Positions 10,060-22,843 of a stretch of 64,000 bases of DNA are shown here, in pieces. The notes beneath the pieces are model-generated. The model ran no database searches. It was not told the DNA's origin and was given only the letters and a program-made list of their open reading frames with translations. The position numbers and the translations under genes are program-made. This DNA comes from Podarcis melisellensis. Taxonomy: Eukaryota. How positions within the stretch are numbered: the stretch's first letter is position 1; each line of letters begins with the position of its first letter. The DNA is taken from NCBI GenBank assembly GCA_964234715.1, contig OZ174280.1, one strand, 5' to 3'.

Positions 10060-12016
10060 TGCAGTTATCCAGTTTGAAAAATGCTGTTCTGTAGTATTAG
10101 TACAGTACTGCAAATTAGGCAAGTGCCCTTACTATTTTGTTTTACCACCATGCATACTATTTAACAGCTGGTTCTTTTCTTATAAATTGTAGACCATTAC
10201 ATGAAACAAAACTTCCCTCATTAGCAGAACTCTAGGAGCAAAACAATCTGAAGGCATTTGATCAGAAATTAGGCTACTCTGCCAAAGACAAATGGATTTT
10301 GTCACTCTGGCACTTCAGGAAAATCAGAGCATTTTGCAGTCTTTCCAGCTGTGCGGTCTCTACCTAGTGTTGAGGCCTCAGAAGGGAGGTTAATAAAGGA
10401 ACATATGGTATGTGTACAATTTGCACAGTGTCCACAAAACTCGCACCATAATTTTGACAATGCAGGAAGCCTATTAGATTTATAGGTTTAATGTTGAAAT
10501 ACCCTGGGGCCAAAGTAGGATTTAAAATAGCCTGGAGTTTCCATGGTTTATGTGAAGCACAGAAACAACTAAAGGTTGCAGGAGACTCTCTTGCAGGGGT
10601 AATGCTTTGTAATGGAGACTCCTTTCAGCTCCTTAAAGATTCTGCCTCCCGGAAAGCTGTGCTTTTCAAGCGCTGTGTGTGGTTATTTTTGGCAAAGTAT
10701 ATGGGGAGCTTTTGGTTTTCCAAGTGCAGTTATTTTTGCAGACTGCAGTTATAAAGTTTATAGAATTAGAGCTGGTTTAATCTTATCCATCCAAACACTT
10801 TTCATTGCACATACCATAAGCAGGTTTGCTCCCTCCACCACCTGCTTTCTGATGCTGGGCAACATTTTCTGCTTGTGCAATGGGACTCCCCACACATGCA
10901 TCACACCCTCCTCAGAGTGTTAGGGGAACTCCTAGAACAGATTGAGGGGATACACAAGCAAAAATCCTTGCACTGTTAGAATGAGTTACTTAGCACTACA
11001 TGGGATTCCACCTTATATGTATATTTTATCAGGAATAATTTCATATCTGAAAATGCTGACATTTTCTTATATTTTAACTGAAACCTCCGTCCTGCAGCTT
11101 CTAGTGTGCTAGGCTTAGGAAAGCCAAATGATCTTTTTTACATAGGACAAGCCCTCTATTTGAAAGACTGCCTGGGGATAGTTTTCTATTTGAAAGGTTC
11201 TCTAGCCCAAATGTGGTTTAAAGATAGTTATAAAAAGGGAAGCCTTAGTGGTTAGCACCTGGGCAGCCAACAGAGCAGGTCTCCTTGTCAGTCATGGTGA
11301 GATGGACTCTGTTTCTATTACAGAAATTATTTCTGCATTTGCATCTCTCAATAAGTAAACTGGTATATGCAAATTGTATTCAAAACTACATCTTTTGGGG
11401 TGATGTGTAGTTGGCCACATATAAGTACTCTGTCTCCATTGATTCTGGAATAAGATATATGCATGCAATGAACACATGTGAAACTAACATAGACCAGAAA
11501 TAGATTGATATGTCTACCTCTATTGCACACAATTGTATATATTACCATTGGAACTACCTTCTTAAGTATATCACCTTGAAGCAAGTTTTAGGGTTTACTT
11601 TGAACCTTTTTTCCTAACTAAACTGCAAATACAAGGTCAAGAAATCCCTGATATACATTTACATTTTTTTTGAGTATTTACCTTTTCTACAAACCGCACC
11701 CAAGGTAAGTGTTATGTACTGAGTTGACATTTTAGTTCTTGGCTTCTATATTTAAAAAATGAAATTGACATTCAGGATCAGTCTTACATTGTGTAGCATG
11801 ATGGTATGTGAATCTGATGTATCTGTTTCATATTGAATATGAAATATTTACAAAGCTACATCCTCATCTTATGGGGGATTTCATTTTCCTTATATAAATC
11901 CTGTCAGTGAAAAGGAGTTGCAAAAAACAGAAGCCCTTATAAGAAACAATGTCTGCGTAATATGAAAGCCATCTTATGAGTAAAGTGGGGGGAGACATAA
12001 CTCAGGGCTTCTGAAG

Positions 12017-12017
<1 letters not shown>

Positions 12018-12063
<46 letters not shown>
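12018..12063. repeat. (GT)n microsatellite
   Basis: Direct read. Confidence 0.98.
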
Positions 12064-12064
<1 letters not shown>

Positions 12065-12424
12065 TCCATCTTAAATGCAACAAGGCTGTGTTCCCCAGAT
12101 GTTCACTTTGTCTTGCCTTTGACAGGTTTACAATACTGTATTTAGTTCTTTTTTCTATTGTAAAATAAAGGTGCCATTTCATCACTCTGTTGTGCTGTGT
12201 AGAACTCTTTAAAAGCAGAAAATGTCAGAGAAGTCACTGAAGACCTTCAGCAAGCCATGTTCTGAAAGGAATAACTTATCTCTTCCAGAACTCCAGAGGG
12301 CCAATTCACTATTTACAGAGTGTTTTTCCCAGTTAACATTCTAGGGGTATCTAATGCACAGCCTGTGACTATCCAGTCCCAAAAGTTTTTTTTGTGACTC
12401 CTCAATTTGTCATTTTAAAAATGC

Positions 12425-12425
<1 letters not shown>

Positions 12426-12478
<53 letters not shown>

Positions 12479-12491
12479 AATAAATAAATAA
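12426..12491. repeat. (AAT)n(AAAT)n microsatellite
   Basis: Direct read. Confidence 0.97.
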
Positions 12492-12784
12492 TGCAACTGC
12501 TTCAGTGGGTTATATGCTGTGATGCCAAAGGCACTCCAAAAAAAGTCTGTGTTTTTGTTAATGTGCTGAATGCTCCTATATGTCCCATGCTGTGATGTCA
12601 AGTTTTTTTTGTGGCCCTCCAAGGCCCCCACTCTAACTTGTCTATTAAATTGATTCTTTCTGATTGCTCTCATGTGATTGTCCCATTGTGATGCCAAAAT
12701 TACATTTACTGACCACTCCTGTGTCCCCTGCAATGATTCTGATACTATAACTTTTTAATGACTACCCTTTCTTCCTCCTCCTTC

Positions 12785-13180
12785 TTTGGTGATCGCTCAT
12801 ACCCGAGTAAGATTGTTCTCCAAGAACATGGTCTTAACAGTGAGTCCATAAGTGACTCTGGAGGCCAATTCTAGATCCACACGTCCTTCCAAAGTGGGGG
12901 CATAGGTTTCCAGGCAGGAGTTGAGGGTTTGCCAAACGTGCCTTCCTCTTAGCTCGTTTCTCATTTTTGCCCTGAGTTCATGCTTCTTCGAAGTCCATGA
13001 CACCTCTGGTAAAAGCTGTTCTCCAATTGGAGGACTTGCAGGCCAGTGTTTCCCAGTTATCAGTGCTTATGTTACATTTTTTTAGATGTGCCTTGAGAGC
13101 GTCTTTAAACCTCTTTTGTTGTCCACCAGTATTTCACTTTCCATTCTTGAGTTGGGAATAGAGTAGATGCTTTGGAAGAC
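12785..13180 (-). mobile_element. RTE-clade LINE 3' fragment
   Basis: Minus strand reads LPKHLLYSQLKNGK*NTGGQQKRFKDALKAHLK, a typical RTE ORF C-terminus. Confidence 0.8.
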
Positions 13181-13463
13181 AATAGCTTTGTTTGACTACC
13201 CCAATCCCCTCACAAGTGTATCATTTAAAAACAATGAATTCCTATGTTTCAACCATACAAGTGTTTATATGCCACTCCCAATCTATGCCGAATGGTAGCA
13301 AAATTCCAGAGGGTTTCAGGTGCTCATCCAGGGCTGTGATCTATGCTGTCAGTGTATGTTAGGTATGAATGAGAAAAAAGAAAATAAGTCCTGGGACGCA
13401 GGGTAGATACCCCCTTTCAACTTTCTCTGTTCCCCAACGTTTAGTTCCAGTAAAAAAATAATG

Positions 13464-13709
13464 CAGTCATACCTCGGGTTGAAGTAGCTTTGGGATGAAT
13501 ATTTTCGGGTTGCGCTCCGCGGCGACCCAGAAGTAATGGAGCACATTACTTCTGGGTTTCACCGCTCGCGCATGTGCAGACGCTCATAATTATGTCCCGC
13601 ACATGCGCGGAAGTGGCGAAATGCAACCCGTGCAGATGCGTCTTATATTTACTTCAGGATGCGAACGGGGCTCCGGAACGGATCCTGTTTGTATCCAGAG
13701 GTACCACTG
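13464..13709. mobile_element. Tc1/mariner-type MITE
   Basis: CAGTCATACCTC...GAGGTACCACTG-TA; inverted sister copy at 20250-20488. Confidence 0.85.
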
Positions 13710-13780
13710 TAATAGTAAGCTGAGGAACATAGTGTGATAATTCTGGCTGCTGTGTTTTAAATACAGTACACACACAATAT

Positions 13781-13796
13781 GAGCACCATCTAGTGG
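13781..13796 (-). promoter_or_regulatory. Candidate CTCF site
   Basis: CCACTAGATGGTGCTC closely matches the CTCF core consensus; motif only. Confidence 0.5.
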
Positions 13797-14256
13797 AGAC
13801 AGGGAAGATCTGTTTAAACACACTCCCATATCTAGTTTCTACCTTTTTGTCTTTCATATACTGTACCATTCTTCCTATTCAAGGAACCCGCCACAAAGGA
13901 TATACTATTTTCTTAATGCATGATATTGGAGTTTACACTTGTCAGAAATGACTGGGGCATAAAATACGCCCCCCCCCAAAGAAAACAACAACCCAAAGTA
14001 GGGGCCCATTAGATTCATGTATTGCTTAAAATGGAACAAAACAGGTTATGACTACACATCATGTGTTCTAACACTGAGCAGCTTTCCTCACCCTGGTGCC
14101 CTCCAGTTTGCTGAGGTTGATGCAACTTGTAGTCCAAGACATGTGGAGGGCACCAGGTTGGGGAAGGCTGCCCTAGACCAAAGGCTCCATTTATCAGATT
14201 CACCTCCCATCCCTTGATATGGCAAAATTCAAGCCCAAGTCAAAATTTTGAAAATA

Positions 14257-14471
14257 CAGTGGTACCTCAGGTTACATACGCTTCAGGTTACAGACTCCGC
14301 TAACCCAGAAATAATACCTCGGGTTAAGAACTTTGTTTCAAGATGAGAACAGAAATCGTGTGGTGGCAGTGGGAGGCCCCATTAGCTAAAGTGGTGCTTC
14401 AGGTTAAGAACAGTTTCAGGTTAAGAACGGACCTCCGGAACAAATTAAGTACTTAACCTGAGGTACCACTG
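14257..14471. mobile_element. Tc1/mariner-type MITE, complete
   Basis: TA-CAGTGGTACCTCAGGTTA...TAACCTGAGGTACCACTG-TA. Confidence 0.92.
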
Positions 14472-15312
14472 TAGTATAAGGCAGTGTTATCTGATAAGTT
14501 TCTATTTGCCTTTTGAAAAGGCTTTCCTATTGAATTCTGACATCAGTCCCCACCCGAACCTATATTGACCAAACTATTCTGTTGATCTTCCCCTATTATA
14601 TCAACTGTTTGCCCCAGCAACGTTCCTCACTAAAGTTTCTATGGCACAGTCTACACGGCACAGAAATGACCAACTGGACATTCCCCACAAAAGGCTGTGA
14701 AAGGGAAATATTGGGACTTACTGTACATTCATTTTCTTTAGGGGATGAAGGGTATCCTTGGATAATATGGGATCCAATGCCATCCACCTGAGAGTTCTCA
14801 AATAACTCAAATGTGAAATTGCTGATCTTCTAAAAGGTGAGAAGGTTGTGGGTCTTCGATTCTAAACACTTATAATACATCCTGCCAATCCAACTGCAAA
14901 TACAGGTCAGGACACTGTTATCTCCCTATTGCTGGGGCCTGAATGTGGAGATCTGTGAGGGAATGGCTAGTCACGAACAAAATCCGATTAATACTGCAGA
15001 TTAATTGCTGAGACCGAAAGAGGAATTTACAACAATCCTGCAAAGTAGTACAGTGTTGAAGTCCCTCCGACTCCCTGGTGGTAGAATGGCAACGCTGGGT
15101 GAAGGGCTTGCAAAGCTGATCATAGCAGAAGCTGTCTGCATTGGAGGCAAGTTGTATAATCAAAGCAATCACCCTAATCCTGTTTTCCTCTTTCTTCCCT
15201 GACCCCAAAGCAGTTTTATGAGAGGGCATATTCCAGCCCACAGGGATCTTTCAGTCTTACTACTACCAATGTGTCGGCCTCCTTTCACAAGTTTTCGTTA
15301 AGGAAAGAGTGG

Positions 15313-15426
15313 TTTGATCTCTTTTTTTAATTGTTGCAAAGGAGCAATTTTAGCCTTAGGCCAGGTATTTGATCTCTTTTTTTAACTGTTGCGAAGGAGT
15401 AATTTTAGCCTTAGGCCAGGTATTTG
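15313..15426. repeat. Tandem duplication, 55-bp unit x2
   Basis: TTTGATCTCTTTTTTTAA...GCCTTAGGCCAGGTA repeated with 3 substitutions. Confidence 0.9.
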
Positions 15427-15536
15427 GCGATGTTGACTGGGGCTGATAGGAGTTGCAACATTTGTAGGGCAGCAGATTGGCCAAGTTGGCTCCTCCTCCT
15501 CACTGCTGCTTATTTTCTGATCATTACTGGCTCGCC

Positions 15537-15612
15537 TGTAATTGCTGTAGTCAATTGCATTGCAATTGCTATAGTCAATTGCATTGCAATTGCTGTAGTC
15601 AATTGCATTGCA
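15537..15612. repeat. 24-bp minisatellite x3
   Basis: AATTGCT(G/A)TAGTCAATTGCATTGC units. Confidence 0.9.
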
Positions 15613-15649
15613 GATGTTCTTGTGTCAACATGATGCAGATACTTCTCGC

Positions 15650-17460
15650 CTTCACTTCCGAGAAGCCCAAAACGAGCATTAAATGTCAAAACGGAAATCG
15701 CCAGCGCGTGTGAGTCTACACTTTTTTAATAGATCTACGACACCACTAGTTTCCCCTTTCGCGCCTTTTTTTCTCCCCGACGTTTCTTCAGGCCTCTGCG
15801 TCCCAGCAACCGTTACACTGTCACTTTTAAAACAGCACTCTGCTTTTCTTCTGGCCTTGCGGGTAAAGCGATTGGCTAGTCAAAGCAGGCCGCGATTGGT
15901 CAAGCGACGGAGCGGGGGGGGGGGGCCGATTCGTATTTCCTTTTCTTCCATCCGTCTCCTGTTGGCGGCGGGCTTTAAGCTTTCTAGCCGGGCCTCTACC
16001 GTTGCACGCGCGCGTTTCCGCGAGGACCCTTCCGAGCTGTCCAAGCCACCCGCCTGAGCCCAAAAGAACGAGGGAGGCAGGGAGGCAGCGATTTCGCTTT
16101 CACCAGAAGCGGGGTCGAGCCTCAAACCATCTAGGGAGGCAGTTCGCCGAACTTTTCACCACCTCAGCGGGCGGTGACCGCGGGTATTATCAAACCGGCA
16201 TCCGTTCAGGACAACCCCCGAGTCGCCCGGCGCGAGAAACGCGGTGGGGGAACGAGGGGTCCTGGCTGTGTGCAAAACGCGCCAAGTTTCCCGTCGTGGG
16301 CGGGTGGGTGTGTGACTGAGCTTGGAGGGACCCCAGATCCCCTCAGTCTATAGAGCAGCTGGGGAAGGGGCTATTCCGGGGCAGCGCCCTCCCGCGCCTC
16401 GCCCACGGGGACCTGGCCAGGACAGGAGGATGTAGCGGCGGCGGGTGAGGAGATGCGGCGGCCGCGCCACCATGAGCGGGCGGGCGGGGGCGCGCGTTTC
16501 TTTCCAGGCGACGGGTGGCCACCTCTGCCTGCCTTTACCGCCGCCTCGTTCCCCGGGGGGGGGGGTCCGAGGGAAGGACTGCGGGCCGCCGCTGGTTCTC
16601 TGGCACTTTGAGCCGCAGCCCTGCCTGCCTGCTTGAGGGGAGCTTCAGGGAATATTTCGCTCCCCCTCCTTTTCACCCTTGATGCGAAAATTAGTTGGAA
16701 GGCGCGCTACGGAACTCTCCGCTGCGGGTTTTTTTATTTGGTCTGTTACGGGCGGAGCCAGGCTTCGTGTTGAAACGGGGGGATGCGGAACCTCAGTTAA
16801 GTATTTTTTATTGATTTGGGGGGGCAGCTGCCCTCCCCCCTTCCCCTTGGCTCCGCCCGTGGTGTCTGTGCAGGGGGAGCGTGTCTGCTTCCCTCCTATG
16901 AAAGGTTTTCATCTTTGTCGCAGCAAGGAAAGTAACGGGCCGAGAGTATTTTTTTTGGGGGGGGGTCGTTTCTCGAGCTGCCCTCAAATCTTAGGGCGGG
17001 GCGGAGGGGGAGATGCCGCGGGTTTGTGTACCGGAAAAGTAACGACATCCCGACGTTCTTAAGTCTTAACCTGGGGCTTCAGTCTCCAGTAAATAGGATT
17101 TCCGCCCTGGCCGGTAGCGTCAGATTCCTGCACTGTTTCGCTTCTCCTTAACAACAACAAAAAAAGTTCAGAAGCCGCCGGCTTTTAATGTCTAGGTCAA
17201 AGGGAACTTTGTATTAAGCGGTCGCAGCTTTGAGTTACATCGCGCGCTAATCAAAGCGCAGTTGTGTTTCCCGGCCCACTTCGGCGTGTGCTCCGGTTGC
17301 TCTTGTGAAGCTGTGTCGTCACAATACACGCTGCCGCTTACAAAACATACAAACGTGGTGTTTTATATGCTTTTGACAGGCATGACTACAGGTTGCAGTT
17401 TTGTCGCGTTCGTCCCTCGGCGTTCTCTGGTGAGGGGGGAAAATGCCAGGCGTGCTGCCC
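15650..17460 (+). promoter_or_regulatory. USP1: USP1 CpG-island promoter and non-coding first exon region
   Basis: High GC and CpG; tandem inverted CCAAT boxes (ATTGG 15871, 15895); E2F-like TTGGCGGC and GCGCGTTT motifs; candidate donor GCGG|GTGAGG at 16444. Confidence 0.85.
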
Positions 17461-17612
17461 AGTGACAGTAGCGGGCTTTCAAGAGGCACCCCCACGAAAA
17501 GAAGCAGACTTTCACTGAAGTTCTTTCAGAAAAGGGAAACAAAAAGAGCTCTGGATTTTGCAGAATCGGCAGAAAATGAGCAAAAGACTTCAGAATATGA
17601 ATGTTCTGAAAT
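17443..17612 (+). CDS. USP1: USP1 coding exon 1
   Basis: MPGVLPSDSSGLSRGTPTKRSRLSLKFFQKRETKRALDF; donor GTATGT. Confidence 0.95.
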
Positions 17613-18678
17613 GTATGTAAGCGTTTATTTTTCAGTAACTCATAACAATGTGCAGAGAACTTTTAAAGGCATTTTGGTGGATCTCCATTTCTATATTTGT
17701 GTTAGTGTATGCTTAAAGTTCTGTATCTTACTATATCAGTTATGCAAAATCTTACTGGCTGTGCTTAATTACTGTAACTACACATATTTGCATTGGCTTT
17801 TGTATACCCCAGCCTTCAGTTGGCATTCAATGTTTTCTAACAGAAGACTAATGGTAGGCTGTTAACATAATGGATTATGACTGAAATCAGTTTGATTACT
17901 GGTATTCTATCTTGGTGACAATTTGTTTTGTATATAGGTAGCATTACATACATTCTATGCTAATTGAGGGTAGAACAGGCATAATACAACCCAAGTTTAA
18001 GTTTTCAAAACTCCATTGAGCCCAGTGGAAGAGATTTAGGAATGTACTAGACCTTGAACTTCTTTCTGTCAAAGGTCTTAGCAGAGTTGGATAGAGAGTA
18101 CCCTACAGAGCCTGCTTTGGGTGGAATAACAAAAAGTGAACTGTTTGTTTAAAACATTAAATTTGGTAGAAAGGTTTTAAAGGATACAGGCCTAAGAATA
18201 TGTAATGGGAAGAACTACTGTATTCTGTGTGATTAACTTCTACACACAAGATTGTGCTGCACACCTTCATTCTTGATTGCAGGTTTCTTACACTTTAGCA
18301 GTTTGTTTCCATACGAGAAAATACTTTATTTTTTTAAAAAAAAATAGATTAAGGTGTCAAAATGAAAAACTAATTCAATAGGCTCCACTGGGAATAAACT
18401 TTAAATCCTGGTCTAATTATGGCCATACAGTATATTGTTGGCCTAATACTCCTGTGAAAACGGGAGCTTCCGTGGGATGATAATACTTTAGCCGCTGAAG
18501 AATTCTTGGCCAGAAAGAAATCTGTTATGTTGTCAAGGAAAACACAAGAGTTATCAATACAATATTTTTGTACTTATAATTGTTGTACTTTAATTATCTT
18601 ATTGTACAGTTAGAGATGGCTAATTCATTATTTTTGGAGTGTGATTTTTATGTGGTACCTCAATAGTGGTACTACATA

Positions 18679-19033
18679 GAGCTCACCCCGTCGTGGGCAT
18701 TCAAACTGCCAACCTACAGATCAGCAAGCCCAAGAGGCTCAGTGGTATAGACCTTGCTCTGTCCCAGCTCCTGCCAACTTAGCAGTTCGAAAGCATACCA
18801 GTGCGAGTAGATTAATAGGTACCTCTGCGGCAGGAAGGTAAACGGTGTTTCCGTGCGCTCTGGTTTCCATGTTCTGTTGTGCCAGAAGTGTTTTAGTCAT
18901 GCTGGCCACATGACCCAGAAAGCTGTCTGTGGACAAACGCCGGCTCCCTCGGCCTGAAAGCGAGATAAGCACTGCAACCCCATAGTTGCCTTTAACTGGA
19001 CTTAACTGTCATGGGGTCCTTTACCGTTTACCT
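18679..19033 (+). mobile_element. Sauria SINE with inverted 5' segment
   Basis: 18679-18753 is the reverse complement of the SINE head; 18754-19033 is the forward body; TSD TACTACATA at 18670-18678 and 19034-19042. Confidence 0.9.
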
Positions 19034-19148
19034 TACTACATACAGCAGGGATTAAGAAACAGTATTTTAGTAATAGGTAAATTTCTAAATTTAGAAGACA
19101 TCTTGCACATGTGTATTTTGGAATAAAATATCTTTTTTTGTATGACAG

Positions 19149-19278
19149 TGACCAGGTAGTTCCTGCAACACAGCCACTTTCACCGTCGCCTATCTGCTGT
19201 GAGAAGAAAGACAACATGCTACCTTTCGTGGGCTTGAACAATCTTGGTAACACGTGTTATCTTAACAGTATACTTCAG
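19149..19278 (+). CDS. USP1: USP1 coding exon 2 (Cys box)
   Basis: DQVVPA...GLNNLGNTCYLNSILQ, catalytic Cys at 19255; AG/GT boundaries. Confidence 0.96.
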
Positions 19279-20249
19279 GTAAGTTCATAACAGGTTAAAA
19301 ATATAGTGTTGTCTAAAGTAATTTTGTGTGAATTAAGGGAATTAAAAGCTTACTTGGTAGGTATTTATGTGTGCTGCATGAAGGAGGCAACAGAGGAAAG
19401 AGGCTGTAGAGAGCAAGATTTTTACCTTTCTCTTATTGGAGACCCATTGCACAATATTAAAATTTATTTCATTCCATATATATTCCATCTTTTGTCATGG
19501 AACCCACGGCAGCATACTGGTGGTTCCCAGGAGGTCTCCCGTGCAGGCACTGACCAGGTTTCAGCACATACTCATAAGTTGCGCAATTTGCTTTTTGTTA
19601 TAATCATCCTTTTCCATCTTATGTCCTGATGGACATAAGTTGTGTAACAAATACATTGTACAAACATTGAAGGTATGTGGCAGGCTCTAGGATATTGTTT
19701 TCTTAGTATGGTTTGCAAAATATTAAAACGAGGCGTATTTGAAGAGGCTGTACTATGAGTATAATCCATCAAAAGTCACGCCATTCTCTTTTAACTTCAC
19801 ATTTTCAGACGAAGTGCTTTAAAAATACTTGCTTTACCTAGCTCAAAGGGAAAACAAGGAAAACTAAACATGAAAACAACAGTAAAACCATAGCACTGAT
19901 AAAACCTGCAGTAGCTTGACCCACTATTCCTCCTTTGTCCAAACGTCTGCTAGATCAAAACAGTTTCACCTGCCTATTGATAACCAGGCCTTGTCAGGAG
20001 ATTGGAGTTCCAAAATCAAAGCAGATTGAGAAAACTTGGATACACAAGCTATGTAGCATAGCTTTATTTCTGTTTGAGTTTGTTTTTTTGTAACGGATGA
20101 AACCTTAAAAAAATAATAATATGAGAACTTTGAAGTCAGTATATGGCATTTAGAAATAATACTCAAACAACATGAATGAAACAGTGGGGCAGAGGGAAAG
20201 TTCTTAAGAACCAATGTACTGTAAAACACTTTTTAAAAATAACAGTATA

Positions 20250-20488
20250 CAGTGGTACCTCTAGATAAAAACGGGATCTGTTCTGAAGCCCCGTTCGCAT
20301 CCTGAAGTAAACGTAAGGCGCGAGTGCGCAGGTCGCATTTCGCTGCTTCCGCGCATGCACGTGACGTCATTTTGAGCATTTGCGTGAGTGGCTAAACCCG
20401 GAAGTAATGCACTCCATTACTTCTGGGTCGCCGCAGAGTGCAACCCGAAAATATTCATCCCAAAGCTACTTCAGCCCGAGGTGTGACT
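20250..20488. mobile_element. Tc1/mariner-type MITE
   Basis: TA-CAGTGGTACCTC start; reverse complement of 13464-13709. Confidence 0.85.
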
Positions 20489-21237
20489 AATCAGATTTCA
20501 GAATAATCGGATGTAGTTATGACCACCTGTCTTTTACTATTAACACCTTATATACTCAGCAATTTATTAAGGCCTGACACTTGTTCATCATAGAGACATA
20601 GGTTTAAGATTTATCTTGACAGTTTGGTCCTGTTTTATTTTGTAACAGATATATATTTAGACTTATTTATTCACTTCTGTTTATCTACAATTACATCTGT
20701 TGATGCCAACTTCTAAATTTGTATCCCATCCCTCCAAGGAACTCAAAAGTGGCATATGCACTGGGTCATCCTACAATTATCATCTTGCTACACAATCAAA
20801 TAAATGGCTTAATAAGCTAGTTAATAATGAGTGGCATAACCCTTCCATGCCCTTTTGTTCTACCCACTCAGCAAATGGCTAAGCAGTTCAATATTCTGTT
20901 TATAAAAATAGATTTCTGTTATACATGAGCCTGGAAACCTATGGTTAATGACTTGTGAGATATTAAGCTATGGTTTGAAGTTAGCTTATTATCTTGGCTT
21001 GGTTGCAAAGGTGTTATATACACCCATAAGCCAGGATATGATTTTTGTGAATCAGGCCATCTAGCAGTTCGTCCAAGGTCAAATAGTGTCCTTCATGACT
21101 TAGCAGGGATTTGAAAGCAGGCCTCCCTGATCTAAGTGAAATACTCATTCTGCTACATCACACAAATATATAGCTAAATATGTGTTTCACAAATTCTGTT
21201 TTCCTTCATTGTACTGCATGTCTTGTTCCTATTTTAG

Positions 21238-21333
21238 GTGCTTTATTTTTGCCCTGGCTTTAAGACTGGAGTGAAACAACTATTTAATATAATTACAAAC
21301 AAGAAGGAAAGCTTAAAAGGTGACACTGATAAG
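21238..21333 (+). CDS. USP1: USP1 coding exon 3
   Basis: VLYFCPGFKTGVKQLFNII; AG/GT. Confidence 0.95.
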
Positions 21334-22139
21334 GTGAGACCATATTGTCTATTATTGGGCATATTGTACATAACAAAAGTTAGTATATCATGGGTTCAAT
21401 ATAAACAAATTACTTTTGCTCCTTCCTTTGGAAGAAAGTTTATTATGAAAGATGTCACTTCTGCAGCAGGGTAATTTAGACTCAGCATGCCTTTAGAGGT
21501 GCTTGCCCCATTAGCACAAACCAGTTTGCATTGAAACCACTTGCTATAAGGCTGGAAGGTGGGTGGGAAGTCACCTCCATCAGCATATTGATGCTAACAG
21601 GCAGCCCTGCTTGCAAAGGCGTTTTGGGGAACTCACTTTAAGATTCTGATTGTTCAATAGTAGCTGTCTATACCTGGTGTCTTATGTGATGTCAGATGTG
21701 CGGCAGGCGGACATGGTTTGCAGGAAATGACCTTGTGGGTCAAAGTAGGACATCTGCATGCTGGTTGTTCCTCACCCTTGTTTTAGAACTAGTCAAATGT
21801 CTTCCAGGATAGACAGATGATGCCTTATATGGTATCTTTTTATATGGTATGGCATAGAATTAGGACTGAAGCACAATAAAGATACGTTTGTTAGGGTAGT
21901 TCTATAGTCACTTTCAGACAGTAAAAGGGTCATTTAATTGACTTTAGTCTTTGGCATTAAGTAAATAACAACCTAATACCAGTACAATGATGATAACATT
22001 TATACATTTGAAAGTTTGTATCATCGAAAGTAAACACATTAATATTATGATAAAGGATTATAAAATTAAGTAACTAGCTAAAAAGAAGGCAAGAAAATTA
22101 ACTTCCAAATCCAAACACTTATTTTCTCTGTCTTTACAG

Positions 22140-22300
22140 GGGGGAATTAAAGAAGATTCTCTTGCAAGCTATGAATTGGTCTGCAGTTTACACTCCTTGA
22201 TTGTTTCAGTTGAACAGCTTCAGGCCAGCTTTCTCTTAAATTCTGATAAATACACAGATGAACTTGCAACTCAGCCAAGAAGACTACTAAATACGCTTAG
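22140..22300 (+). CDS. USP1: USP1 coding exon 4
   Basis: KEDSLASYELVCSLHSLIVSVEQLQASFLL...QPRRLLNTL; AG/GT. Confidence 0.95.
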
Positions 22301-22843
22301 GTACAAAAGATGTGTTTCTAACTATTTCTGAAGCAAATTATATGGAATCTTGTAATTTGCTACAGGAAGACAGCCTTTTAAGTTTATTGAATTATTCCTA
22401 TTCACAAATATGTTATTCCAGCTCCTTCTTACAGTAGATGTGTTCATTTCTAGTCACTTGATAATGTGAGGTAGCTCAGCAACAATGCAGATTAGAGTTT
22501 GAACCTGTTCTGTGATCTCTCATATCAGTCAAATTTAAATGACTGATAGGCAAAAATATTAAATTATCTGTAATATACCAGTTTTTACAAAAGTATATCT
22601 CCATAATTCTAAATACATAATAGCCTGCAAAACTGAGCAACTTCATGAAGCTGAACATCTACCTCCTCATTTTAATTTTGGATCCCCCAAACATAGCGTA
22701 GTAACTTGAATTGTACTTAAAATGTGTTACCAAGAAGGGCACCTGCCAAATTTGGTTATGCTCATGAATCCCTGTCTAAATTGTGTCATTAAGCTATTTT
22801 TTGACTGTGTATATTAGGTAATGTGTTGCATTTTTATTTTAAG

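Noticed and set aside
15537-15612. Regularly spaced palindromic repeats resembling CRISPR
   Set aside because: No unique spacers, vertebrate context; an ordinary minisatellite.
15683-17062. Several 80-127 aa ORFs
   Set aside because: GC-rich CpG island lacks stops by composition; no protein similarity.
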